Shown here piece after piece: positions 39,474 through 48,625 of a DNA stretch of 64,000 nt. The stretch comes from an uncultured bacterium (GTDB taxonomy: Bacteria > Electryoneota > Tariuqbacteria > Tariuqbacterales > Tariuqbacteraceae). Where the stretch lies: contig CAYQZD010000002.1 of assembly GCA_964421875.1 (NCBI GenBank), forward strand, positions 8,747 through 72,746. Reading direction: 5' to 3'. The notes beneath the pieces were generated by a model, which saw nothing but the letters and a program-made list of their open reading frames with translations, was not told the origin of the DNA and ran no database searches. The translations under genes were made by a program, and so were the position numbers. Every line of letters starts with the position of its first letter. Within the stretch, counting starts at the first letter, position 1.

Positions 39474-39998
39474 ATGCTCGACCTGAAAAACTATATCCGT
39501 TCCGTCCCCGATTTTCCCAAAAAGGGAATTATTTTTAGGGACATCACCACACTATTAAAGGACGGAGAAGCCTTCAAACATTCCATCGATGCGCTCTGTG
39601 AGCTCTTTCCGGATTCGGGAGCGAATGTGATAATAGGCCCGGAATCCCGAGGCTATATCTTTGGCGCGGCAATGGCTTATAAGATGGGAATATCTTTCGT
39701 GCCGGTGCGGAAACCGGGAAAACTTCCGGCGGAAACCATCTCGGAAACCTATGAACTGGAATACGGAACCGATACCATTGAAATGCACCGCGACGCCATC
39801 GGCGCTGACTCTAAAGTCCTGATGATAGACGATCTGCTGGCGACCGGGGGAACTATGGCGGCGGCCTGTAGGATGGTGGAGAAATTAGGGGGGAAAATTG
39901 TGGGAATCGGATTCCTGATTGAATTGAGTTTCCTTAAAGGAAGGGAGAAACTGCAAGATTATCCGGTTCACTCCTTGATAGACTACGATGCGGAGTAA
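39474..39998 (+). CDS. apt: Adenine phosphoribosyltransferase
   Basis: GPESRGYIFGAA and VLMIDDLLATGGT PRTase motif, 174 aa. Confidence 0.9.
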   Translation: MLDLKNYIRSVPDFPKKGIIFRDITTLLKDGEAFKHSIDALCELFPDSGANVIIGPESRGYIFGAAMAYKMGISFVPVRKPGKLPAETISETYELEYGTDTIEMHRDAIGADSKVLMIDDLLATGGTMAAACRMVEKLGGKIVGIGFLIELSFLKGREKLQDYPVHSLIDYDAE

Positions 39999-40070
39999 AT
40001 CGGAGATGGGAGAGATTTAATCATAAGGGACAGTTCGCGAACCGCCCCTACAGATATCAGATTCCGCGTT

Positions 40071-40104
40071 ATGTCAGGTCTTTAGCGAAGCGGAGACCTG
40101 ACAT
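40071..40104. repeat. Family D hairpin (perfect copy) between apt and gpsA
   Basis: ATGTCAGGTCTttagcgaagcggAGACCTGACAT, an 11-bp stem. Confidence 0.75.
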
Positions 40105-40157
40105 AACCTCATCCCTCCCTACCCATGTGAAAACGCAGACAACCCCCCGCAGTGCCC

Positions 40158-41189
40158 CTAATCCTCGACCTTCAAACGCCGCATCATAAGTTCTCCCACT
40201 GCCTGACGAGGGTCCTTGTCCTCAAACAAAATCTGGTAAACCACCTCCACAATGGGCATCGGGAGTTCGTATTTTCGGGAAAGGCGCAGGACGGCTTCAG
40301 TGGTTTTCACCCCCTCCGCCACCATCGACATCCCACTCAATACCTCCTTCAGTTTTTTACCCTGCCCGATCTGGTAACCGACATGATGATTTCGCGAAAG
40401 GTCGCTGACGCAGGTGGTGATTAAGTCTCCCATCCCCGACAATCCCATAAAAGTCTGAGGCTTGCCGCCCATCTTCACCCCCAGCCTGGCTATCTCCGAC
40501 AATCCCCGAGTGAGCAGCGCTCCTTTAGCGTTATCGCCGAACCCCAGACCGTCGGAAATACCGGCCGCAATGGCGATGACGTTCTTCAATGCTCCGCCCA
40601 ATTCCACACCCACAATATCGTCCGAAGCGTAAACCCTGAACAGCGGGGAAGCGAACGTACGCTGAGCCCATTCCGCATTAGCCAGCGATTGCGAAGCGAT
40701 GACCACGGTTGTGGGCACCCCTTTGTTAACCTCCCGCGAAAGCGAAGGCCCCGACAGCGCGCCGATTCTTTCCTGCGGTAGTTTCCACTCCTCGGCAATG
40801 ACTTCCGACATTTGCAGCAGGCTGTCGGTCTCTATCCCCTTGGTGGCGGATAATGCCATCGCATCTCCCACAAGTTCCCCTGAAACCTGCCTGATGGCGG
40901 TTCTCAACAGATGCGAAGGGACGGCGAGCAATACCATCTGTTTTTGTGAGACCGTTTGGGGAAGGTCTGAAGTGATGTTCATAGCCACCGGAAGTTCCAC
41001 GCCGGGCAGGAATTCGAAATTCTCCCGCCGCCGCCGCATCTCCGCCGCTATTTCCGGTCTGTATTCCCAAAGCGTAATACGATGCCCGTTTTCATGCAGT
41101 AGAAGCGCTAATGTAGTCCCCCAACTCCCCGCGCCCACCACCCCAACCTCGATGGGTTCCTGGATATTAAAATCACGGTCTGAATTCAT
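40158..41189 (-). CDS. gpsA: NAD(P)H-dependent glycerol-3-phosphate dehydrogenase
   Basis: GAGSWGTTLA Rossmann motif and NVIAIAAGISDGLGFGDN. Confidence 0.9.
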   Translation of the reverse strand: MNSDRDFNIQEPIEVGVVGAGSWGTTLALLLHENGHRITLWEYRPEIAAEMRRRRENFEFLPGVELPVAMNITSDLPQTVSQKQMVLLAVPSHLLRTAIRQVSGELVGDAMALSATKGIETDSLLQMSEVIAEEWKLPQERIGALSGPSLSREVNKGVPTTVVIASQSLANAEWAQRTFASPLFRVYASDDIVGVELGGALKNVIAIAAGISDGLGFGDNAKGALLTRGLSEIARLGVKMGGKPQTFMGLSGMGDLITTCVSDLSRNHHVGYQIGQGKKLKEVLSGMSMVAEGVKTTEAVLRLSRKYELPMPIVEVVYQILFEDKDPRQAVGELMMRRLKVED

Positions 41190-42190
41190 AATACCTCTCC
41201 TATAATCACCGGCGATTCGCCGTTATTGACCAATTCTGCGGACACTGCCTCGACCTCTGAAGTGTTCACCACTATCACCATCCCAATACCAAGATTGAAA
41301 GTGCGGCGCATATCCTCTTGGGGAACGCCACCCCATTCCGCTATGAGCCGGAAAATCGAGGGGATATCCCAAGCCTTCCAGTTGATTTTAAGCTCCCTTC
41401 CCACGGGGATAATCCGCTTCGTATTGCCCGTAATTCCCCCGCCGGTGATATGCGCCAATCCCTTGATATTGTACTTTTGCAGAAGGGGTCGGACAGCATT
41501 CAAGTAAGAGCGGTGAACTCGAAGCAATTCCTCCCCGATTGCGCCCTCCAAACCCTCGATTCTGTCGTCGACCTTGAATTTCATGATTTCGAAACAGACT
41601 TTCCGCGCCAGAGAATACCCGTTAGTATGAAGTCCGTTAGAGGGAAGTCCGATTAAAACGTCGCCCGCTGAAATCCACTTTCCGTCGATAATCACGCCAC
41701 GATCCACCATACCTACAATGGTGCCGGCAAGGTCGTATTCCCCCGGCTGATAAATCCCGGGCATCTCCGCGGTTTCGCCTCCGATAACCGCCACTCCGTT
41801 CTCCTCCGCCGCTCTGCATAATCCTTCAATCACCTTCAACGCTGCTTCCTCGTCCATCGAACTCATCGCCAGGTAATCCATAAAGTACATCGGGTCCGCT
41901 CCGGTGCAAAGGATATCGTTCACACAATGGTTGACCAGGTCCTGCCCGATAGTATGATGAATACCCGCCATCTGCGCCACCTTTAGCTTGGTGCCCACGC
42001 CGTCGGTGGAGGATACCAGCACCGGCTCCTTCATTCCCGTAAAATCCGGCTGAAAGAAAGCGCCGAAATGGCCTATCCCGGTTAAAACTCCTGGAGTGAA
42101 AGTGCCGGAGATGTTCTTCTTCGCCCTTTGCAGAAACCTGTCGGCGAGTTCAATATCCACGCCGGCGGATTTGTATGTTGTTGGCTTCAA
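41186..42190 (-). CDS. purM: Phosphoribosylformylglycinamidine cyclo-ligase (AIR synthetase)
   Basis: YKSAGVDIE N-terminus and PurM N/C domains; overlaps the gpsA start. Confidence 0.9.
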   Translation of the reverse strand: MKPTTYKSAGVDIELADRFLQRAKKNISGTFTPGVLTGIGHFGAFFQPDFTGMKEPVLVSSTDGVGTKLKVAQMAGIHHTIGQDLVNHCVNDILCTGADPMYFMDYLAMSSMDEEAALKVIEGLCRAAEENGVAVIGGETAEMPGIYQPGEYDLAGTIVGMVDRGVIIDGKWISAGDVLIGLPSNGLHTNGYSLARKVCFEIMKFKVDDRIEGLEGAIGEELLRVHRSYLNAVRPLLQKYNIKGLAHITGGGITGNTKRIIPVGRELKINWKAWDIPSIFRLIAEWGGVPQEDMRRTFNLGIGMVIVVNTSEVEAVSAELVNNGESPVIIGEVL

Positions 42191-42276
42191 TTATTCGCCT
42201 GCTGTGTATTATTAATTGTCCTGAAAATAAGTCTGCAAGTCTGTAAGTCTTCAAGTATTTAAGTCAGAAAAAAATT

Positions 42277-42528
42277 GTAGGGTGGGTTCTTAACCCACCA
42301 ATTTACAAGTCATTCCGGCGCAGCCGGAATCCTTCTTCATAGGGGCGAACGGCCGTTCGCCCCTACCGGCATCCAATAACTGGGAACCACTGTGTCGCAG
42401 AGTCCCCGCACTCTGCGACATCACCGGCGGCTCCGAATAGTTTGCCCTGCAGATTGGTGTTAAGTTATGCCTTTAACGAAACGGAGACCTGACGTTTGAC
42501 TTGTTCCCACCCTCCCGCGTGGGAATGC
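42277..42528. repeat. Mosaic cluster of REP-like hairpin modules (families B, A, F, C, D', E)
   Basis: B: GTAGGGTGGGTTcttAACCCACC (42277-42299). A: gtcATTCCGGCgcaGCCGGAATcc (42309-42332). F: GGGGCGAACGGCCGTTCGCCCC (42342-42363). C: tGTCGCAGAGTccccgcACTCTGCGACa (42392-42419). D': 42463-42498. E: TTCCCACcctcccgcGTGGGAA (42502-42525). Confidence 0.8.
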
Positions 42529-42936
42529 ATACTATAAAGTGATGTGTTCAATAATTGAACCTAAAATTAAGAAATTTTTCACCAAAATTCAACAGGAGAA
42601 GACAATTGAGCCGATATACCGCTTAAAATACTTGCATTATTCCCTATAATTAATTATATTAGATGCGTCTAACTTTTTGGTTCCTCGCTGTTCTGTGTGG
42701 GTAAAGTTCTTATAATAAAAAAATTCACCTAATTATCTATAAAACAAATCCCCCTAAATCCCCCTTTTCCAAAGGGGGACTTCCGGTTTCCCCCCTTAGA
42801 ATAAGGGGGGCAGGGGGGATTTCTAGCAACATACTATTGTCTAATTACCCATACAAAACAGCGAGGAACCTTTCTTATTATATCCATACAATTTAGCGAA
42901 GAGCCAACTTTTTTATAACCGCCATGTTCGGAACCG

Positions 42937-43419
42937 ATGCGTTACGATACTGTCGTAGAAGAATACATTGAAATCATAAGCGGACTCCTCACGGATAATC
43001 ATGAGGCGCGGGTCAAAGATATCGCCAAATCTCGTGGCGTCACCCTTCCCACAGCTTCCAGCGCAGTGGAACGGCTTAAGGAGATGGGACTGGTGAATCA
43101 TAAGCACTATGGAACCGTAACCTTGACCCGGAGCGGGGAAGAACTGGCCTCGGAATTGGACGAATATCACGCAGCCATCAAAAAACTGCTGGTGAACGTG
43201 CTGGGAGTATCCGAGGAAATCGCCGAGGAGGACGCCTGCAAACTGGAGCATCAAATCTCTGCGGAGACGGTGCAGTCGCTTCTCAGGCTGTTGAAATTCC
43301 TGGAAAAGTGTCCCCGAGGCGGCACGGATTGGCTGAAAATCCTCCACGATTGTTCCCTCTTCACTGATGGAGACGAACAAGGATGCCTCCAATGCCGATG
43401 GCTGGACCAGGCGGACTGA
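42937..43419 (+). CDS. DtxR/MntR-family metal-dependent transcriptional regulator with a Cys-rich C-terminal tail
   Basis: VEEYIEIISGL...DIAKSRGVTLPTASSAVERLKEMGLV...LTRSGEELA matches the DtxR wHTH and dimerisation region. Tail CPRGG...C...CLQC. Confidence 0.7.
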   Translation: MRYDTVVEEYIEIISGLLTDNHEARVKDIAKSRGVTLPTASSAVERLKEMGLVNHKHYGTVTLTRSGEELASELDEYHAAIKKLLVNVLGVSEEIAEEDACKLEHQISAETVQSLLRLLKFLEKCPRGGTDWLKILHDCSLFTDGDEQGCLQCRWLDQAD

Positions 43420-43461
43420 TGCTGAGTGAGATGCACTATGCCGAATTCTGAGGAATAGAAC

Positions 43462-45540
43462 TTGGATATGAATCTTGTTGATAAAGAAGACCGGAATCTG
43501 CAATTCGAGTTGGGTGAACCGCCGGGCCGACGCCGCCGCCGCAGATGCCGTGCGAGGAGAGGTCTGAGTACGGGGGAACGAAAGCCCCGCATAGTGCTGG
43601 TGGGTCACCCCAATGTGGGTAAAAGCGTCATCTTCAGCGCCCTCACCGGCAAATACGTCGATGTCTCCAACTATCCCGGAACCTCGGTGGAAATCGCCTG
43701 CGGCGGTATGAGTATCGGCTCCCAGAACTATGAGCTGATCGACAGCCCGGGTATAAACAGCCTGATTCCCCGTTCCGAGGATGAGCAGGTGACGCTGAAT
43801 ATTATCACCAATCCCGGCGTAGTCGGCGTGATTCACGTTATCGACGCTAAGAACATCAAACGCGGCCTGCTGCTCACTATGCAGTTGATTGAGCTGGGGC
43901 TGCCCTTAGTCGTGTGCCTCAATATTTTCGATGAAGCCCTGGAGCGGGGTGTAAATATAAATCCCGCCGAACTGACTAAGATTTTTGGCGTGGAATTCAT
44001 TCCGACGGTGGCCACCGAAGGCCGGGGCTTGGATAAACTGAAAAAGTCGATAACGGATATGCATCTCTCGGAGTTTCAGGCTAAGTTCGCCCCTGAAATT
44101 GAGAGGAGTGTCACTCGCATCGCTCAGCGAATCGAAGGAAGTCATCTCCGCCCGCGGGGAGTAGCGCTAAATGTCGTCGCCGGAGAAGGCAAAATCCCCG
44201 ACTTCCTCAAAGATAGTGACAACGGATTTAGAAGTTATCTGCGCGACGAAGTGCGGTCGCTGCAAAAAAAACTCCCCAATCCCCCGGGGTATGAAATCCA
44301 TTCCAGCCTGATTCATCAGGTGGAAGACACCTCCCCGGAATTCCTCACCCATAAAAAAACCACCCGCCGCCGCCTCAGAGAGCGGCTGGGGCTGCTCGCA
44401 ATGCACCGTTGGTATGGCATCCCTTTTATCATCATCACCCTGTTTATCCTCTATGAACTGGTCGGAGTTTTCGGCGCGGGAACCTGTGTGGACTATATTG
44501 AAAACCACATCTTCGGAGGAATAGACGACGCGGGAAACTTCTACGGCGTCATCAATCCCCTGGCGATTCAAATCCTCGCTTTCCTGAAAGGCTCCACAGT
44601 CGGCGGATTCTTCTATGAAATGCTGGTAGGAGAATACGGCGCTATTACGGTCGGACTCACCTACTCAATCGCAATTGTGTTTCCCGTGGTCAGTCTCTTC
44701 TTCATTTTCTTCGGCATCCTTGAGGATTCGGGGTACCTCCCGCGCCTGACCGTGATGTCCAACCGATTGTTCCAGAAAATCGGGCTCAACGGCAGGGCTA
44801 TCCTGCCCCTGGTGCTGGGATTGGGCTGCGACACTATGGCGACCTTCACTACCCGCATCCTGGAGACCAAAAAGGAGCGAACCATCGCCACCCTGCTCCT
44901 CGCCCTGGGAATTCCCTGTTCCGCTCAATTGGGAGTGGTGCTGGGGATGATGGCCTCGATTTCCTTCTGGCTGCTGCTGGTGGTGGTCTTAACCGTCATC
45001 TCGCAGCTCTGGGTGGTGGGATACGCAGCTTCAAAGCTGATTCGCGGTAAAACCGCTGCCTTAATCGCGGAAGTCCCCCCCATTAGAATCCCAAAGTTGA
45101 AAAATATCCTGATTAAGACTTATTTTAGGGTGAAATGGTTTATGCGGGAAGCGGTGCCGCTCTTCATCCTGGGCACATTTATCCTCTTCCTGCTGGACAA
45201 GCTTAAACTGCTGTCCGGGCTGGAAAAAGCGGCCTCCCCGGTAATAACCGGGATATTGAACCTTCCCCAGCAGGCGACTCAAGCATTCATCATCGGCTTC
45301 CTCCGCAGGGATTACGGCGCCGCCGGGCTTTTCAAATTGGCGGAAAAGGGGCTGCTGGACAACATACAGATTACGGTCGGCATAGCGGTAATGGTCCTCT
45401 TCATTCCCTGCCTGGCGAATTTCTTCGTAATCATCAAAGAACGCGGATTCAAAACCGCAATGGTGATGAGCGCGTTCATCATCGTTTACGCCGTCTTGGT
45501 GGGCGGAGTGCTCAACCAAATCCTGCGGCTGGTTCTATAA
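43462..45540 (+). CDS. feoB: Ferrous iron transport protein B
   Basis: G-domain GHPNVGKSV, DSPG and NIFD motifs; C-terminal polytopic permease with gate motifs. Confidence 0.9.
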   Translation: MDMNLVDKEDRNLQFELGEPPGRRRRRRCRARRGLSTGERKPRIVLVGHPNVGKSVIFSALTGKYVDVSNYPGTSVEIACGGMSIGSQNYELIDSPGINSLIPRSEDEQVTLNIITNPGVVGVIHVIDAKNIKRGLLLTMQLIELGLPLVVCLNIFDEALERGVNINPAELTKIFGVEFIPTVATEGRGLDKLKKSITDMHLSEFQAKFAPEIERSVTRIAQRIEGSHLRPRGVALNVVAGEGKIPDFLKDSDNGFRSYLRDEVRSLQKKLPNPPGYEIHSSLIHQVEDTSPEFLTHKKTTRRRLRERLGLLAMHRWYGIPFIIITLFILYELVGVFGAGTCVDYIENHIFGGIDDAGNFYGVINPLAIQILAFLKGSTVGGFFYEMLVGEYGAITVGLTYSIAIVFPVVSLFFIFFGILEDSGYLPRLTVMSNRLFQKIGLNGRAILPLVLGLGCDTMATFTTRILETKKERTIATLLLALGIPCSAQLGVVLGMMASISFWLLLVVVLTVISQLWVVGYAASKLIRGKTAALIAEVPPIRIPKLKNILIKTYFRVKWFMREAVPLFILGTFILFLLDKLKLLSGLEKAASPVITGILNLPQQATQAFIIGFLRRDYGAAGLFKLAEKGLLDNIQITVGIAVMVLFIPCLANFFVIIKERGFKTAMVMSAFIIVYAVLVGGVLNQILRLVL

Positions 45541-45597
45541 TCCTGCGGGGGGATGAATCCCGCTTAACATGTTATTATTAATTATTAAGGATGATGT

Positions 45598-46260
45598 ATG
45601 AATCATCATGAGCATAAATGCGAGCGCAGGAGGCACGAGGAAGTGGTCGAAATCATCGGACTGCATCTGGAGCAGGGCGAAGTTGGGATTCCGGACCTGC
45701 AGGAGCATGACATTACCCTTCCCCGGCTGCAGGAGTTGGTGGATAGTAATCACATCTTAATTGAAGACGACAAAGTCCAATTTCGGAAAAAAGGAAAGCG
45801 CGAATTTCTCAGCATCATCCGCCGCCACCGATTGGCAGAGAGGCTGCTGCACGATGTCCTGGATTACTCGGACGAAGACGGCTCCGAGGAAATCGTCGGG
45901 AAAATGGAACATATCCTCAACGAGGATGTGACCGACAGCATCTGCACCCTCCTGGGGCATCCCGCCTCCTGCCCCCACGGACTCCCCATTCCAAGGGGAA
46001 GGTGCTGTGAACTTAAACAGGACAAGATTCCTGCCCTGATAACCTCGCTGAACCGGATGGAGCCCGGCGAGGAGGGAGTCGTCGCCTTCATCTCCACCAC
46101 CGACCATGACAAGTCGGATCGGCTGGCGGCGATGGGAATCATCCCGGGCGTGAGCATCAAACTCCATCAGTTGAAACCCGCTGTAGTCGTAATGTTCGAT
46201 GAAACCGTGCTCTCTATGGATGAGGAATACGCACAGATAATATACCTCCGCCGAAAATGA
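45598..46260 (+). CDS. DtxR-family regulator with a fused C-terminal FeoA/SH3-like domain
   Basis: RRHRLAERLLHDVL...CPHGLPIP (DtxR dimerisation and metal-site region). C-terminal EPGEEGVVAFI...MGIIPGVSIKL...VVVMFDET FeoA-like domain. Confidence 0.65.
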   Translation: MNHHEHKCERRRHEEVVEIIGLHLEQGEVGIPDLQEHDITLPRLQELVDSNHILIEDDKVQFRKKGKREFLSIIRRHRLAERLLHDVLDYSDEDGSEEIVGKMEHILNEDVTDSICTLLGHPASCPHGLPIPRGRCCELKQDKIPALITSLNRMEPGEEGVVAFISTTDHDKSDRLAAMGIIPGVSIKLHQLKPAVVVMFDETVLSMDEEYAQIIYLRRK

Positions 46261-47756
46261 TTAAAACCAATTGGAAAGACTGGATAGAGCGGGACCTGTA
46301 CCGTGAGCGGATGTTCCTCAAAGGGCTCATCCTGCTCCTTTCAGCCTGGCATCTTGGGGTGATACTGTGGGTGGGATTCCACCGCTTTGCCTACCCTTTC
46401 GAGTTGGAATGGACTGAAGGCGCTGTAATCCAGACTGCAATCCGAATTCTGAATGGTCTTCCCATTTACACCAATCCTGGCCTGGAATGGGCCTCGCCGC
46501 TCTCGTCGCCGCTTTATTATTATTTGGGCGCGGCTTTAATGAGTGTGTTCGGAGAGGGATTCGCTGCGCTCCGAATTATCTCGCTCTGCGCCTCCATCGG
46601 AACTGGTCTCCTTATATACCGTTTCCTCCGGAACCTAGAAATCGAAGACCTCTATGCTTTCGCCGGATTCGGTCTCTATTTTGCCGCTTTCTCCGCCGCC
46701 GGAGGATGCTACGATCTGGCGCACCGAGATTCATTGGCCCTGTTGCTCGCCTTAAGCGCTTATTTCATTATCTCCCCGAAAGGAGGTTGGGAAAGAGCAG
46801 CTCTAAGCGCCGCAGCGGTGACTCTGTCAGTATTCACCTCACAATACTATCTTCTGATATCAATCTTATTAGGAATATTCTGGTTCGTTCAGGAACGCCG
46901 AAATTTCTATGTTTACCTCGTGACCTGTATGTTACTGGGCGCCGCCGGAGTTAGTCTGTTATACGCTAAAAATGGCTTGCCGTTTTTAAGAGTTATCATC
47001 ACTTTACCCCGCTTCGAACCGGGACATATCATCACTTTTTGGTTGACGGAATGTCCCGGAAGATTTCTGCCGTTATGCCTGATGAGTATACCGGCATTCT
47101 ATCTCCTGGCGAGAAAAATTAAACGGGAATTTAATAAGCAAGCCCTGCTGTTTATGATGTTATGCGCAGGGCTCATAATCGTATCCTATATTGGATTTAT
47201 CAACGGTTCCGAATATGGAAACGCCTTTATGCCCGCAGGATTGGCGCTGGCGGCTATAGCCGCCTGGACTCTGCAGTATTTCAAGCTGAATGATTACAGG
47301 CTGGGCTGGCTGTTACCGGTCGCAGTCAAGGTTTTGGTGATAGCGCAGCTTTGCTTGTTGATTGTGCCGCCTCAGACTATGGTTCCCACCGAAGCCGATA
47401 CCGGCGCGGGCCGAGGCTTGATAGACAAGATTGCCTCGATTGATGGTGAAGTTTATATCCCCAAACACGGATATTATGAATATTTGGCCGGGAAAGAAAG
47501 TCATTTCCCCTGGGCGCATCTGTCGCAAATTACCGGCAGGACAGGGGAGGAAGCGCTGAGCAGGATTCCCGAAGACATCAAACGGGAAATAAAGGAAAAA
47601 CGCTTCAGCGCTATAATACTCGATGAACCTGCGGAATTCTGGCTGGAGTTCATCAGCCCTTATTATTATCTTGATGAAGAAATCTTCGAACAGCCGGGAG
47701 TATTTAAAACCAAAGCCGGTGAAATCACCCGCCCCCAATTCATCTTCAGACCGTAA
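46257..47756 (+). CDS. Polytopic membrane protein, paralogue-like of the N-terminal part of 37167..39146 (GT-C-fold glycosyltransferase suspected)
   Basis: About 11 TM helices and a soluble C-terminal ~110 aa; start overlaps the upstream stop. Confidence 0.35.
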   Translation: MIKTNWKDWIERDLYRERMFLKGLILLLSAWHLGVILWVGFHRFAYPFELEWTEGAVIQTAIRILNGLPIYTNPGLEWASPLSSPLYYYLGAALMSVFGEGFAALRIISLCASIGTGLLIYRFLRNLEIEDLYAFAGFGLYFAAFSAAGGCYDLAHRDSLALLLALSAYFIISPKGGWERAALSAAAVTLSVFTSQYYLLISILLGIFWFVQERRNFYVYLVTCMLLGAAGVSLLYAKNGLPFLRVIITLPRFEPGHIITFWLTECPGRFLPLCLMSIPAFYLLARKIKREFNKQALLFMMLCAGLIIVSYIGFINGSEYGNAFMPAGLALAAIAAWTLQYFKLNDYRLGWLLPVAVKVLVIAQLCLLIVPPQTMVPTEADTGAGRGLIDKIASIDGEVYIPKHGYYEYLAGKESHFPWAHLSQITGRTGEEALSRIPEDIKREIKEKRFSAIILDEPAEFWLEFISPYYYLDEEIFEQPGVFKTKAGEITRPQFIFRP

Positions 47757-47786
47757 TGTTTAACGATTCTTGAAAATAGTCGCTGA

Positions 47787-47920
47787 TGTAGGGGCGAACG
47801 GCCGTTCGCCCCTAACAAAACACAGAACAGTCTTTTTGGAAATCGCTATAAACACTGTTTCATTATTATAGTGGAATATTAAAGCTTAAAGTGCAGCAGA
47901 GTCCCCGCACTCTGCTGCAT
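47787..47920. repeat. REP-like hairpins, families F and C
   Basis: GTAGGGGCGAACGGCCGTTCGCCCCTAAC (47787-47815); GTGCAGCAGAGTccccgcACTCTGCTGCAt (47891-47920). Confidence 0.75.
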
Positions 47921-48043
47921 AATCGCATATGTGCTGTTAACTTTCAGCAGTCGGTCCGGTTTGATTAAAAACTGGCGGAACATTCACCGGCGGGGGGAGT
48001 TAAAATACACAAACCTTAAAGCTGAAAAAATTGACCTAATACT

Positions 48044-48277
48044 ATGCCCTTCTACGAATATAGATGCCAAAAATGTGAACATGAATTCGAGGAACTCATC
48101 CGTTGCGAAGATGACCTGAAAAATCTCCGATGCCCCCAATGCGGCGGGGAAGAACTGGGAAAACTGCTCTCACTTTTCGGGATGAGGACGCCCGGCGGTA
48201 AAGTTGTTTCATCGGCGCCCGGAGGGGGAGCGGCCTGCGCCGGATGCGCTAAAACCTCCTGCGCCGGATGTAAATAG
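48044..48277 (+). CDS. FmdB-family zinc-ribbon protein
   Basis: MPFYEYRCQKCEHEFE...CPQCG signature. Confidence 0.7.
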   Translation: MPFYEYRCQKCEHEFEELIRCEDDLKNLRCPQCGGEELGKLLSLFGMRTPGGKVVSSAPGGGAACAGCAKTSCAGCK

Positions 48278-48329
48278 TGATTGGTGAATGGGGAATAGTG
48301 GTTGGTGAATAGAAGATGGTATTAGCAGA

Positions 48330-48585
48330 ATGTCAGGTCTATTATAAATCCGCAGGTTGGGTTCTTAAATGATGTGCCCGCCGGGTCCCCGCACCCGGCG
48401 GAAACCCGTAGGGTGGGTTCTTAACCCACCAATTTACAAGTCATTCCGGCGCAGCCGGAATCCTTCTTCGTTGAAGCGCTTTGCGAACCGCCCTATTATC
48501 AGGGCGTTCAATTAAACGCCCCTGCCGGCAACCGATAATATGTGCGTTATGTCAGGTCCTTAGCGAAACGGAGACCTGACATTCA
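48330..48585. repeat. Mosaic REP-like cluster (families C', B, A, D) downstream of mutS
   Basis: CCGCCGGGTccccgcACCCGGCGG (48377-48400); GTAGGGTGGGTTcttAACCCACC (48408-48430); gtcATTCCGGCgcaGCCGGAATcc (48439-48462); ATGTCAGGTCcttagcgaaacggAGACCTGACAT (48549-48582). Confidence 0.8.
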
Positions 48586-48625
48586 CCTCTACTTAAAGAG
48601 TATTAGCTTTCAAACGATCCTTCCA

